Assembly: GCA_032654565.1 (NCBI GenBank)
Contig: JAULAX010000014.1
Span: 49,788 to 113,787 of the forward strand
DNA: 64,000 bases
Direction: 5' to 3'
Source: Anaeromyxobacteraceae bacterium
GTDB lineage: Bacteria; Myxococcota; Myxococcia; Myxococcales; Anaeromyxobacteraceae
The notes beneath the pieces were generated by a model. It was not told where the DNA came from, ran no database searches, and was given only the letters and a program-made list of their open reading frames with translations. Positions 30,064 through 40,600 of the stretch are shown here, piece after piece (the stretch's first letter is position 1; the number at the start of each line of letters is the position of its first letter). The position numbers and the translations under genes are program-made.

Positions 30064-30818
30064 CCGCCGCCGTCGACGCCGTGCTGCGCCTGGAGGGGGT
30101 CCACACCCACGTCGGCGCCTACCACATCCTCCACGGGGTGGACCTGGAGGTCCCCCGGGGCCAGGTGACCATGCTGCTGGGGCGCAACGGCGCCGGCAAG
30201 ACCACCACGCTGCGCACCATCATGGGGCTGTGGCCGGCCAGCCAGGGGGCGATCCGCTTCGAGGGCGAGTCGATCGGCGGCCCCGGCGGCCAGCAGCCCA
30301 CGCCCGACATCGCCCGCCGCGGCATCGCCTACGTGCCCGAGGCCATGGGCATCTTCGCCGACCTGACGGTGGGCGAGAACATGCTGCTGGCGGCGCGCCA
30401 GGCCCGCCGCATCGAGGAGCTCGACGCCGGCCGGCTGGAGTGGATCTTCGGCCTCTTCCCGGCGCTGCGGAGGTTCTGGCTCCACCCCGCCGGCAAGCTC
30501 TCCGGCGGCCAGAAGCAGATGCTGGCGGTGGCCCGGGCCATCTGCGAGCCGCGCCAGCTGCTGCTGGTCGATGAGCCCAGCAAGGGGCTGGCCCCGTCCA
30601 TCGTCCAGAACCTGGTGACCGCCTTCGCCGAGCTGAAGCGGCAGGCCACCACCGTCCTGCTGGTGGAGCAGAACTTCTCGGTGGCCCGCCAGCTGGGCGA
30701 CCGGGTGGCGGTGATGGACGGCGGCCGGGTGGTCCACGCCGGGGCCATGGCCGCGCTGGCCGACGACGAGGCGCTGCAGCAGCGGCTGCTCGGGCTCTCG
30801 CTGGGGGCGCACCCGTGA
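30060..30818 (+). CDS. LIV-type ABC ATP-binding protein (LivF-like)
   Basis: GRNGAGKTT, LSGGQKQM, VDEPSKGLAP, VEQN. Confidence 0.93.
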   Translation: MTAAVDAVLRLEGVHTHVGAYHILHGVDLEVPRGQVTMLLGRNGAGKTTTLRTIMGLWPASQGAIRFEGESIGGPGGQQPTPDIARRGIAYVPEAMGIFADLTVGENMLLAARQARRIEELDAGRLEWIFGLFPALRRFWLHPAGKLSGGQKQMLAVARAICEPRQLLLVDEPSKGLAPSIVQNLVTAFAELKRQATTVLLVEQNFSVARQLGDRVAVMDGGRVVHAGAMAALADDEALQQRLLGLSLGAHP

Positions 30819-31849
30819 CCGACGCCGACGACGCCGCCAAGGCCACGGCCGCAGCCGGGAGCGCCATCCCGGGCGCCCGCCGCGACTTCGCGCCGCTGCT
30901 GCTGCTGCTGGCCGTAGCCCTGGCCGGGCTGCCGCTGGTCGGCCGTGGCAGCACCTGGGTCACCCTCACCGTGGCCGGGCTGGCCATGGGCATGATCATC
31001 TTCATCGTCGCCTCCGGGCTCACCCTGATCTTCGGGCTCATGGACGTGCTCAACTTCGGGCACGGGGTCTTCATCGCCCTCGGCGCCTTCGTGGCCACCT
31101 CGGTGCTCTCCCGCCTCACCGGGTGGACGGGCGGGACCGCCTGGGCCCCGCAGCTGGCCGCGGTGCTGCTGGCCATGGCAGCGGCGGCGGCGGTGGCCGG
31201 GGCGGTGGGCTGGGCCTTCGAGCGGGTCATCGTCCGGCCGGTGTACGGCCGCCACCTCAAGCAGATCCTGGTCACCATGGGCGGGATGATCGTCGGCGAG
31301 GAAGTCATCAAGATGGTCTGGGGCCCGGAGCAGATCCCTCTCCCGCTCCCCGGCTTCCTGCGCGGGGCGGTGCTGCTCGGCGACGCCGCGGTGGAGCGCT
31401 ACCGGCTCCTGGCGGTGGTGGTGGGGGCGCTGGTGCTGGTGGCCATGCTGCGGATCCTCAACCACACCAAGGTGGGGCTGCTGGTGCGGGCCGGGGTGCA
31501 GGACCGCGAGATGGTCGAGGCCCTCGGCTACCGGATCAACCGGCTCTTCGTGGCGGTGTTCGTGGCCGGGTCGGCGCTGGCCGGGCTGGGCGGGGTGCTC
31601 TGGGGCCTGTACCAGCAGAGCGTCACCGCCCAGATCGGGGCCCAGGTGAACGTGCTCATCTTCATCGTCATCATCACCGGGGGGCTGGGCTCCACCCTGG
31701 GGTGCCTGGTGGGCGCGCTGCTGGTCGGGCTGGTGGCCAACTACACCGGCTTCCTGGTCCCCAAGCTGGCGCTCTTCTCCAACATCGCGCTCATGGTGGG
31801 CGTGCTGCTGTGGCGGCCCCGCGGCCTCTACCCGGTGACCGACCGGTGA
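30815..31849 (+). CDS. LIV-type ABC permease (LivH-like)
   Basis: ASGLTLIFGLMDVLNFGHG, GLLVRAG..D.EM..ALG, IITGGLGS. Confidence 0.92.
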   Translation: MTDADDAAKATAAAGSAIPGARRDFAPLLLLLAVALAGLPLVGRGSTWVTLTVAGLAMGMIIFIVASGLTLIFGLMDVLNFGHGVFIALGAFVATSVLSRLTGWTGGTAWAPQLAAVLLAMAAAAAVAGAVGWAFERVIVRPVYGRHLKQILVTMGGMIVGEEVIKMVWGPEQIPLPLPGFLRGAVLLGDAAVERYRLLAVVVGALVLVAMLRILNHTKVGLLVRAGVQDREMVEALGYRINRLFVAVFVAGSALAGLGGVLWGLYQQSVTAQIGAQVNVLIFIVIITGGLGSTLGCLVGALLVGLVANYTGFLVPKLALFSNIALMVGVLLWRPRGLYPVTDR

Positions 31850-32931
31850 AGGGGACCGTGCTGCAGCGACTCCTCTCCCACGACCTGCCCCGCAGCCGCT
31901 GGCTGGGGGCCGCCCTGCTCCTGGTCCTGGCCGGGCTGGTGCTCACCCCGGCGCTCTTCCCCGGCAGCCGGGCCATGGGGGTGGCCGCCAAGCTGATGGT
32001 CTTCATCCTGCTGGTGGGGAGCTACGACCTCCTGCTCGGCTACACCGGCATCGTCAGCTTCGCCCACACCATGTTCTTCGGCATCGGGGCCTACGGCGTG
32101 GCCATCGCCAGCACCCGGCTGGGCCCGGGCTGGACGGCGGTGGCGGTGGGGCTGGCCGGGGCCACCGCCCTGTCGCTGGTGCTCTCGGTGGTCATCGGCC
32201 TCTTCAGCCTGCGGGTGAAGGCCATCTTCTACGCCATGATCACGCTGGCGGTGGCCTCGGCCTTCCAGACCCTGGCCTCCCAGCTCTCCGAAGTCACCGG
32301 CGGCGAGGACGGCCTCACCTTCCGCAACCCCGCGGCGCTGAGCCCGTCGTTCCACCCGCTGGAGCAGCCGGTGCTGGGCGTGGCCGTGGACGGCAAGCTC
32401 CTCACCTACTACCTGCTCCTCGCGGTGGCGCTGGGGGGCTTCCTCCTGCTGCTGCGCATCGTCAACTCCCCGTTCGGCCGCGTCCTCCAGGCCATCCGCG
32501 AGAACGACTTCCGCGCCGAGGCTCTCGGCTACCGCACCGTGGTCTACCGCACCGTGGGCAACGTGCTGGCCGCCCTCCTCGCCACCCTGGCCGGCGCGCT
32601 GCTGGCGCTCTGGCTGCGCTACACCGGGCCGGACACCACGCTGGCCTTCGAGATCATGCTCGACATCCTGCTGGTGGTGGTCATCGGCGGCATGGGGACC
32701 ATCTACGGCGCGGTGCTGGGGTCGGCGGTCTTCCTGCTGGCCCAGAACTACCTGCAGGACCTGCTCCGCGCCGGCGCCGGCGCCCTGGCCGGGGTCCCGG
32801 TGCTCTCCACGCTGGTCTCGCCCGACCGCTGGCTGCTCTGGATGGGGCTGCTCTTCGTGCTCTCGGTCCGCTACTTCCCCACCGGCCTGGTGGGCCGGCT
32901 GCGCGGCGCCGCCGGGGAGCGGACACCATGA
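31846..32931 (+). CDS. LIV-type ABC permease (LivM-like)
   Basis: LLLGYTGIVSFAH..FFGIGAY, TGGEDGL, SPFGRVLQAIREN, VVIGGMGT. Confidence 0.92.
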   Translation: MKGTVLQRLLSHDLPRSRWLGAALLLVLAGLVLTPALFPGSRAMGVAAKLMVFILLVGSYDLLLGYTGIVSFAHTMFFGIGAYGVAIASTRLGPGWTAVAVGLAGATALSLVLSVVIGLFSLRVKAIFYAMITLAVASAFQTLASQLSEVTGGEDGLTFRNPAALSPSFHPLEQPVLGVAVDGKLLTYYLLLAVALGGFLLLLRIVNSPFGRVLQAIRENDFRAEALGYRTVVYRTVGNVLAALLATLAGALLALWLRYTGPDTTLAFEIMLDILLVVVIGGMGTIYGAVLGSAVFLLAQNYLQDLLRAGAGALAGVPVLSTLVSPDRWLLWMGLLFVLSVRYFPTGLVGRLRGAAGERTP

Positions 32932-33773
32932 GCGGCGGCCCGACCTCCTGCTACCTCGCCTGCCTGGGGCGCGAGCTCCACTACACCGAGTGGGGCGCCG
33001 GGCACCCCGAGACGGTGGTGGCCTGGCACGGCCTGGCCCGCACCGGCCGCGACTTCGACGCGCTGGCCGCGCACCTGTCGCGGCGCTGGCGGGTGATCTG
33101 CCCGGACACCATCGGCCGGGGGCTCTCGCAGTGGAGCCCGGCCCCGGCCGATGAGTACCGCCTCCCCTTCTACGTGGCGCTGGCGGAGGCGCTGCTCGAC
33201 GGCCTGGCCGTGGCCCGCTGCCACTGGGTCGGCACCTCCATGGGCGGCGCCGTCGGGCTGCTGGGGGCGGCCACCGCGCTGCGCGGGCGCATCCAGCGGC
33301 TGGTGCTCAACGACCACGGACCCCAGCTGGCCGGCGCCGCCATCGCCCGCATCGGCGCCTACGCCGGGAGCCCGCCGGCCTTCGCCACCGTCGGCGAGCT
33401 GGAGCGCTACTTCCGCACCGTCTACGCCCCCTTCGGCTCGCTCGACGACGCCGAGTGGCGCCGGCTCACCGAGACCTCGCTGCGGCGGCTGCCCGACGGA
33501 CGGGTGACGCCGCACTACGACCCGGCCGTGGCCCGGCAGTTCCAGCACCACCCCGGCGAGTACGACCTGTGGGCGGCCTGGGACACCCTCGACCTCCCGG
33601 TGCTCTGCCTGCGCGGAGCCCAGAGCGACCTGCTGCTCCCCGAGACCGCGGCCCAGATGCAGGTCCGCGGGCCGCGGGCCCGGGTGGTCGAGCTCCCCGG
33701 CGTGGGGCACGCCCCGGCCCTGAACACCCCGGAGCAGCTGGCCCTGGTCGAAGGCTTCCTCGCCGGCACCTGA
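32928..33773 (+). CDS. Cytoplasmic alpha/beta hydrolase (resembles PhaZc-type 3-hydroxybutyrate-oligomer hydrolases)
   Basis: HGLARTGRDFD, CPDTIGRGLS, WVGTSMGG, LVLNDHGP, RGAQSDLL, GHAPAL. Confidence 0.85.
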   Translation: MSGGPTSCYLACLGRELHYTEWGAGHPETVVAWHGLARTGRDFDALAAHLSRRWRVICPDTIGRGLSQWSPAPADEYRLPFYVALAEALLDGLAVARCHWVGTSMGGAVGLLGAATALRGRIQRLVLNDHGPQLAGAAIARIGAYAGSPPAFATVGELERYFRTVYAPFGSLDDAEWRRLTETSLRRLPDGRVTPHYDPAVARQFQHHPGEYDLWAAWDTLDLPVLCLRGAQSDLLLPETAAQMQVRGPRARVVELPGVGHAPALNTPEQLALVEGFLAGT

Positions 33774-33863
33774 AGACCGACGCCCGTCTGGCGCCGCCTC
33801 CACCCTCGGTGGTAGGAGGATCCCTCCGGCACCAGCGCAGCGCCTCACTCCTGGGAGGGCTCC

Positions 33864-34754
33864 ATGCAGTCGAGCATCCTGACCGTGGTCTTCCTCCCCG
33901 TGGCCCTGGGCATCATCATGCTCGGCCTGGGGCTCTCCCTGACCCTCGAGGACTTCAAGCGGGTGGTCCTCTACCCCAAGGCGGTGGTCCTCGGCCTGGC
34001 CTGCCAGATGCTGGTCCTGCCGGCCATCTGCTTCGGCCTGGCCAAGGCCTTCGCCCTCCCCCCCGAGCTGGCCGTCGGCCTGATGCTGCTGGCCGCCTCG
34101 CCGGGCGGCGCCACCGCCAACCTCTTCAGCCACCTGGCCCGCGCCGACGTGGCGCTCAACATCACCCTCACCGCGGTCAACAGCGTGCTCTCGCTCTTCA
34201 CCCTGCCCTTCATCGTCAACTTCGCCCTGGTGGCCTTCGTCGGCGAGGGCAAGACCCTGCCCCTGCAGGTCGACAAGGTGCTGCAGGTCTTCGCCATCGT
34301 GCTCATCCCGGTCTCCATCGGCATGGTGGTCCACGCCCGGGCGCCCCACCTGGCCGCCAGGATGAACAAGCCGGTCCGCCTCATGTCGGCGCTCCTGCTG
34401 GTCATGGTGATCGCCGCCACCGTGCTCAAGGAGCGGGCCAACATCGTCGAGTTCTTCCGCCAGGTGGGGCTGGCGGCGCTGGCCTTCAACCTGGCCAGCA
34501 TGGCCCTCGGCTACCTGGCCCCGCTCATGCTCCGCCTGCCCCGGCGGCAGGCGGTGGCCATCGGCATGGAGATCGGCATCCACAACGGCACCCTGGCCAT
34601 CGCCATCGCCTCCAGCCCCTTGCTGCTCAACAACTCCACCATGGCCATCCCGCCGGCCATCTACAGCCTGATCATGTTCTTCACCGCCGCCGCCTTCGGC
34701 TTCGCGGTCAGCCGTGGCAAGGCCGCACCGGCCCCGGCCCAGGCGCCGGCCTGA
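33864..34754 (+). CDS. Bile acid:sodium symporter family protein
   Basis: IMLGLGLSLT..DF, ASPGGATANL...A.ADVAL, MEIGIHNGTLA. Confidence 0.92.
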   Translation: MQSSILTVVFLPVALGIIMLGLGLSLTLEDFKRVVLYPKAVVLGLACQMLVLPAICFGLAKAFALPPELAVGLMLLAASPGGATANLFSHLARADVALNITLTAVNSVLSLFTLPFIVNFALVAFVGEGKTLPLQVDKVLQVFAIVLIPVSIGMVVHARAPHLAARMNKPVRLMSALLLVMVIAATVLKERANIVEFFRQVGLAALAFNLASMALGYLAPLMLRLPRRQAVAIGMEIGIHNGTLAIAIASSPLLLNNSTMAIPPAIYSLIMFFTAAAFGFAVSRGKAAPAPAQAPA

Positions 34755-34828
34755 GCGGGCCGGGCCGACCGCCCCGGCCGACGCCCGTGGCCTGACGCCG
34801 GGTGGTCCGGGCCGCGCCGATCCTCGCC

Positions 34829-35731
34829 ATGACCGCCCCGCACCACCGCCACCTGCCCGTCCACCCGGCGCTGCTGCTGGCGCTGGCGCAGCTTATCTGG
34901 GCCGGCAACTTCGTGCTCGGCCGCGCCGTCAGCGCCACCATCCCGCCGGTGGCCCTCTCCTTCTGGCGCTGGGCGCTGGCCCTGGTGGTGCTGCTCCCCT
35001 TCACCTTCGGTGAGCTTCGGGCCGGGTGGCCGCTGATCCGCCGCTCGCTCCCGGCGCTGGTGCCGCTCGGCATCCTCGGCGTCGGCAACTTCAGCACCCT
35101 GGTCTACATCGGCCTCGGCCAGACCACGGCCACCAACGCCGCGCTCCTCAACTCGGCCTGCCCGGCCTTCATCCTCGTCATCGGGCCGCTCCTCGGCGGC
35201 CCGCGCCCCGGCCGGCGCCAGGTGGCCGGCATCGCCCTCTCCCTCACCGGGGTGCTGGCCATCGTCACCCGCGGCGACCCGCAGACCCTGCTCGGGCTCA
35301 CCTTCAACCGGGGCGACGCCTGGGTGCTGGCCGCGGTCCTCTCCTGGGCCTTCTACACCGTGCTGCTGGCCCGCCGCCCCACCGGGGTCCACCCCATGGC
35401 GCTGCTCACCGTGCTGGTGGTGATCGGCCTCGCCTGGATCACGCCGTTCTACGCCTGGGAGCTCTGGCGTGGGGCGCGCGTGACCTGGGACGTTTCGACG
35501 CTGGCCAGCCTCGGCTACGTCGGCGTGCTGGCGGCGGTGGTGGCCTACGTGGCCTGGAACCAGGGCGTGGCCGAGCTGGGCGCGGACCGCTCCGGCGCCT
35601 TCCTCCACCTGCTCCCGGCCTTCGCGGCGGTGCTGGCGGCGCTGCTGCTCGGTGAGGCCTTCCGCGCCTACCACGCCGCCGGTATCGCGCTGGTGCTGCT
35701 CGGCGTCCGGCTGGCCGGCCGCCGCACCTGA
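34829..35731 (+). CDS. DMT/EamA family transporter
   Basis: IWAGNFVLGR, LSFWRW, TTATNAALL, FNRGD, AWNQGV. Confidence 0.9.
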   Translation: MTAPHHRHLPVHPALLLALAQLIWAGNFVLGRAVSATIPPVALSFWRWALALVVLLPFTFGELRAGWPLIRRSLPALVPLGILGVGNFSTLVYIGLGQTTATNAALLNSACPAFILVIGPLLGGPRPGRRQVAGIALSLTGVLAIVTRGDPQTLLGLTFNRGDAWVLAAVLSWAFYTVLLARRPTGVHPMALLTVLVVIGLAWITPFYAWELWRGARVTWDVSTLASLGYVGVLAAVVAYVAWNQGVAELGADRSGAFLHLLPAFAAVLAALLLGEAFRAYHAAGIALVLLGVRLAGRRT

Positions 35732-35948
35732 GCGGGTGCGCGCCTGGGCACCTGGGCTGCCTCCCTGAGGCCGCTCCTGGGGTCGGCGTCGACCCTGGGT
35801 GACGCGGACCTTTGCGGCGCCCCGACCCCTCCGCGGAGCCTTCTTGGCCAAGAGGGCAGGAGCACTGGCAATCGCCCAGCCCGCCTTCGACGCGGCGGAC
35901 GGTCGCGAAGTTGCAGCGGGGAGCCGGAACCCTAGGGGGGCTCCATCC

Positions 35949-37586
35949 ATGAATCGCGCACTCCGCCTCGCCACGCTCTCGTTCGCCGTCGCACTCGCCG
36001 CCTGCAGCGGCAACGACCAGGCCCCGGTGGGGCTCTCGTACACCGCCAGCCCGGCCGTCTACACCGCGGGGTCGGCCATCACGCCCAACCAGCCCCGGGT
36101 CGGAGGCGGCGCCGTCACCTCGTTCAGCGTCTGGCCCGCCCTGCCGACCGGCTTGAGCATGTCGGTGACCACCGGCGTCATCGAGGGGACCCCCACGGCC
36201 GTCACCGCCGCCGCCGTCTACACCGTCACCGCGGCCAACTCCGGCGGCAACGCCTCGACCGGCCTGCTCATCACCGTGAGCCAGCCGCCGGCCCCGGTCA
36301 TCGCCACCCAGCCGGTCACGCAGGTGGTGGCCCTCGACCAGGTGGTCACCTTCAGCGTCACCGCCACCGGCGCCGGCACCCTCACCTACCAGTGGCACCG
36401 CGACGGCGCCGCGCTGGCCGGCCAGGTGGGGGCCTCGGTCACCACCGACCCGGTCACCTACCTCGACGACGACGCCGAGTTCACCGTGGTGATCACCGAC
36501 GGCTACGGCGGCGACGTCACCAGCGCCGTCGCCAAGATCCGGCTGGAGGGATTCATCGCCGCCGCCTCGATGGCCACGCCGCGCCAGAACCAGGCCGCCT
36601 CGAAGCTGTCCAGCGGCGGCAAGGTGCTGGTCACCGGCGGCTTCTCCATCCACCCGCTGCAGGGCGCCGAGCTCTACGACCCGGCCACCGGCGCCTTCGC
36701 GGCCACCGGCAACCTCACCGCGGCCCGGCAGAACCACACCTCGACGCTGCTCGGCAATGGCCAGGTGCTGCTGGTCGGCGGCCAGGGCGGCGTGGGCGGC
36801 GGCCTGGCGCTCGACACCGCCGAGCTCTACAGCGCCGGGACGGAGGCCTTCGCCCCCACCACCGGCCTGATGGGCTCGCCGCGGGTCTTTCACACCGCCA
36901 CCCTGCTGGGCGACGGCACCGTGCTGATCACCGGCGGCCTCTGGAACACCGTGGCCCACTCGCTGGTCTCCTCGGCCGAGGTCTATGACCCGGCCACCAA
37001 GACGTTCCTCGCCGCCGGGTCGATGACCACCGGGCGGTACTGGCACACCGCCACGCTCCTCCCCGACGGGCAGGTGCTGATCGCCGGTGGCTACGGCGGC
37101 TCCGGCCTCCCGCTCGACAGCGCCGAGCTCTACGACCCGGCCACCGGGCTCTTCACCGCCACTGGCAACATGAACTCGCCGCGCTACGGCCAGACCGCGA
37201 CGCTGCTGTCGGCCGACGGGCTGGTGCTGGTGGCGGGCGGCTACGGGGCCGGCGTGCTGGCCGGCGCCGAGCTCTACGAGCCGGCCTCGGGCACCTTCCA
37301 GACCACCACCGGCGCCCTCAACGTGGCCCGCCAGTTCCACACCGCCACGGCGCTCCCCAGCGGCAAGGTCCTCCTCGCCGGCGGCCTGACCGCCACCGAG
37401 GGGCTGGAAAGCGCCGAGCTGTACGACCCGGTCATCGGCACCTTCGCCGTCACCGACCCCATGGAGTTCGAGCGCGCCCACGGCACCGCCACGCTCCTCG
37501 ACAGCGGCGAGGTGCTGGTGCTGGGCGGCTGGTCCATGAGCGACGCCGGCCTGGCCAGCGCCGAGCTCTTCGCAGGCGCCCCGTGA
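35949..37586 (+). CDS. Lipoprotein with two Ig-like domains and a Kelch/galactose-oxidase-type propeller
   Basis: Lipobox LAAC; PALPTGLSMS.TTGVI.GTPT; LTYQW; repeats R..HTATLL.DG.VL..GG...AELYDP.TG.F. Confidence 0.85.
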   Translation: MNRALRLATLSFAVALAACSGNDQAPVGLSYTASPAVYTAGSAITPNQPRVGGGAVTSFSVWPALPTGLSMSVTTGVIEGTPTAVTAAAVYTVTAANSGGNASTGLLITVSQPPAPVIATQPVTQVVALDQVVTFSVTATGAGTLTYQWHRDGAALAGQVGASVTTDPVTYLDDDAEFTVVITDGYGGDVTSAVAKIRLEGFIAAASMATPRQNQAASKLSSGGKVLVTGGFSIHPLQGAELYDPATGAFAATGNLTAARQNHTSTLLGNGQVLLVGGQGGVGGGLALDTAELYSAGTEAFAPTTGLMGSPRVFHTATLLGDGTVLITGGLWNTVAHSLVSSAEVYDPATKTFLAAGSMTTGRYWHTATLLPDGQVLIAGGYGGSGLPLDSAELYDPATGLFTATGNMNSPRYGQTATLLSADGLVLVAGGYGAGVLAGAELYEPASGTFQTTTGALNVARQFHTATALPSGKVLLAGGLTATEGLESAELYDPVIGTFAVTDPMEFERAHGTATLLDSGEVLVLGGWSMSDAGLASAELFAGAP

Positions 37587-37666
37587 GCGGCGCCACCGGC
37601 CGGATCACCGGACACCGGGCCACATCCTCGCAGACCAGGCTTCGCTTCCTGAAGGGGGCACCACAC

Positions 37667-40600
37667 ATGCACCAGAGAACGCTTTCCGGTTTCGCGCGCT
37701 TCGCCGTCGCCGCCGTCACCCTGCTGTGCGGAGGCCTGTCGGCGTACGCCCAGGTGGGCGTGCCTGACTACTACGCCAAGCCCAACTACGCGGTGAGCAA
37801 GCTCCCCACCGCCTCCTGCCGCGACGCCCTCGGCGTGGTGATGGCCCCGGCCGTGCTCTGCTGGAAGGACAGCGAGTGCCCGGGCTTCCTCCCGCCGTTC
37901 GTGATCGGCGCCCAGACCTACCCCGGCGGCTCCACCTGCACCGGGCCGGTCGCCGCCGGCACCGGCATCCGCAAGTTCGTCGACACCCTGCCGGTGCTCT
38001 GCCCCCTGGGGGCCACGGACACCCTGGGCAAGTGCCTGCCGCTGGCGGTCCCGGACAAGCTCACCTTCCCCGGCAACGACTACTACGAGCTGGGCGTGAA
38101 GGAGTACTTCACCCGGTTCCACACCGACCTGCCCAACCCCGCCAAGCAGCGCGGCTTCCGGCAGATCAACTCCACCGACCCGGCCGTCAACCAGAACCAG
38201 TTCCTCGGACCCATCATCGTCGGCCAGTCCTACCGCCCGGTCCGCATGAAGTTCGTCAACGAGCTGGGCATCGGCGCCGCCGGCGCCCTCAACCTCCCGG
38301 TCGACACCACCCTCCCCGGCGTCGGCGACGGCCCGGACGGGACCCGCTTCACCGAGAACCGGATCGCCATCCACCTGCACGGCGGCAACTCGCCGTGGAT
38401 CAGCGACGGCACGCAGCACCAGTGGACGGTCCCGGCCGGCGAGGCCACCACCCTGAAGAAGGGCATGGCGGTGGCCTACGTCCCTGACATGTGGTTCGAC
38501 TCGACCGGGAAGCTGCTCCCCGAGTGCGCCGGCCAGATGACCTGCGCCACCCCGGGCGCCTCGAACAACCCGGGCGACGGCATGCTCAGCTACTACTGGC
38601 CCAACGAGCAGAGCGGCCGGCTCATGTTCTACCATGACCATGCGTACGGCATCACCCGGCTCAACGTCATGGCCGGCGTGGCCGCCGGCTACCTGCTGGC
38701 CAACCCGTCGGACGAGGACGCCCTGGCCGCCGCCGGCGTCCCCGGCACCCTCGGCTCCAACTTCTTCGGCGTCATCCCCGGCCCCACCGATCCCGCCGCC
38801 ACCGACGCCGACCTGGCCCACCTCATCCCGCTGGTCATCCAGGACCGCACCTTCGTGCCGCCGTCGGCGCAGCTCTCCTTCTACGACTCGACCTGGGACC
38901 CGGCCAAGTGGGGCGGCGAGGACTCGGTCTGGCTGTCGCACGTCTACACGCCCAACCAGTGGCTGGGGAACCCCGACGGCACCGCCACCAACCCGTTCGG
39001 CCGCTGGGACTACGGCCCGTTCTTCTGGCCTCCGCAGCAGAGCCTGACCTCGCTCGACGGCCTGCCGCGCCCGCTGACCGTCCCCTGCACCAGCACCGCG
39101 GCCATCGACCTGACCCTGGACCCGGCCACCGGCCTCGCCAAGAACCCCACCGGCGCCACCGAGTGCCCCAGCACGCCCAACCCGTCGCTGACGCCCGAGT
39201 CGTTCCTCGACACGCCCATCGTCAACGGCACTGCCTACCCGACGCTCACCGTCGACCCGACCCGCTACCGCTTCCAGGTCCTCAACGCCGCCAACGACCG
39301 CTACTGGAACCTCTCCTTCTTCGTGGCCGACCCCATCCAGTACGGGCCGCTCCCCAACACCGAAGTGAAGATGGTCAAGGCGTTGCCCGGCTACCTGCCC
39401 AACATCAGCTACACCGGCCTGGGCGCGCCGCCGGAGATGTGCAGCCCACAGTCGGCGCTCAGCCAGGTGACCGGCCTGCCGGTCGGCCCCGACCTGCCCG
39501 TCACCTCCTGCACGCCCTCCCGTTGGCCCACCGACGGCCGCGTCGGCGGCGCCCCGGACCCGACCTCGGTCGGCCCGCGCTGGATCCAGATCGGCACCGA
39601 GGCGGGCATCCTGCCGGCGGTGGCCGAGCTGGCCCCGCTGCCCGTCGTCTACGAGTTGAACAAGCGCAGCATCGTGGTCACCAACATCCTCGACCACAGC
39701 CTCTACCTCGGCCCGGCCGAGCGCGCCGACGTGGTGGTGGACTTCTCGGCCTACGCTGGGAAGACCCTGATCCTCTACAGCGACTCCCCGTCCCCGGTCC
39801 CGGCCGGCGACCCCAAGACCGACTACTTCACCTGGGGTCCTGACTTCTCCGAGAGCGGCGGGGCCCCGACGCCGCTGCCGGGTTACGGCCCCAACACCCG
39901 CACCATCATGCAGGTCACGGTGCGGGCCGCCATCACCGCCCCGGTCCCCGCGCCCCAGGCGGCGCCCCTCGACAATGCCGAGGTGGCCCGCATCGACGCC
40001 GCCCTCAAGGCCCGCTTCCCGGTCTCGCAGCTCAAGCCCATCGTGCCCGAGACCGTCTTCAGCGGCATGTACACCAACGGCGTGGACCCGACCCCGGTCA
40101 CCATCACCGCCGACACCCACCTGCCCATCAGCGTCCAGTCGCTGACCTTCATCCCGGTGGGCGCCTCCGCCCCGGTCACCATGCCCTTCCAGTGGAAGGC
40201 GCTGCACGAGCTCTTCAGCAACGACTACGGCCGGATGAACTCGCTGCTGGCGGTCGAGATCCCCATGACCAACTGGCTGGGGCAGACCACCATCCCGTAC
40301 AGCAACGTCGACCCGGCCACCGAGTTCATCACCGACAACCAGCCGGCGCTCTGGAAGGTGACGCACAACGGCGTCGACACCCACGTCATCCACTTCCACC
40401 TGATGAACGTCCAGATCATCAACCGCGTCGGCTGGGACGGCCAGATCCGCGCCCCGGACGCCAACGAGCTGGGCTGGAAGGAGTCGGTGCGCATGAACCA
40501 GCTCGAGGACATCTACATCGCCCTCCAGCCGGTCAAGCAGAAGCTGCCCTGGCCGCTGCCCGACATGGTCCGGCCGCTCGACGTGGACCGGCCGCTCGGC

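Noticed and set aside
35732..35948. c-di-GMP/GEMM riboswitch upstream of the Kelch/multicopper genes
   Set aside because: Only scattered words match (GGCAA; CGCAAAG on the opposite strand) and I could not build the two-hairpin consensus. An Infernal/Rfam scan would settle it.
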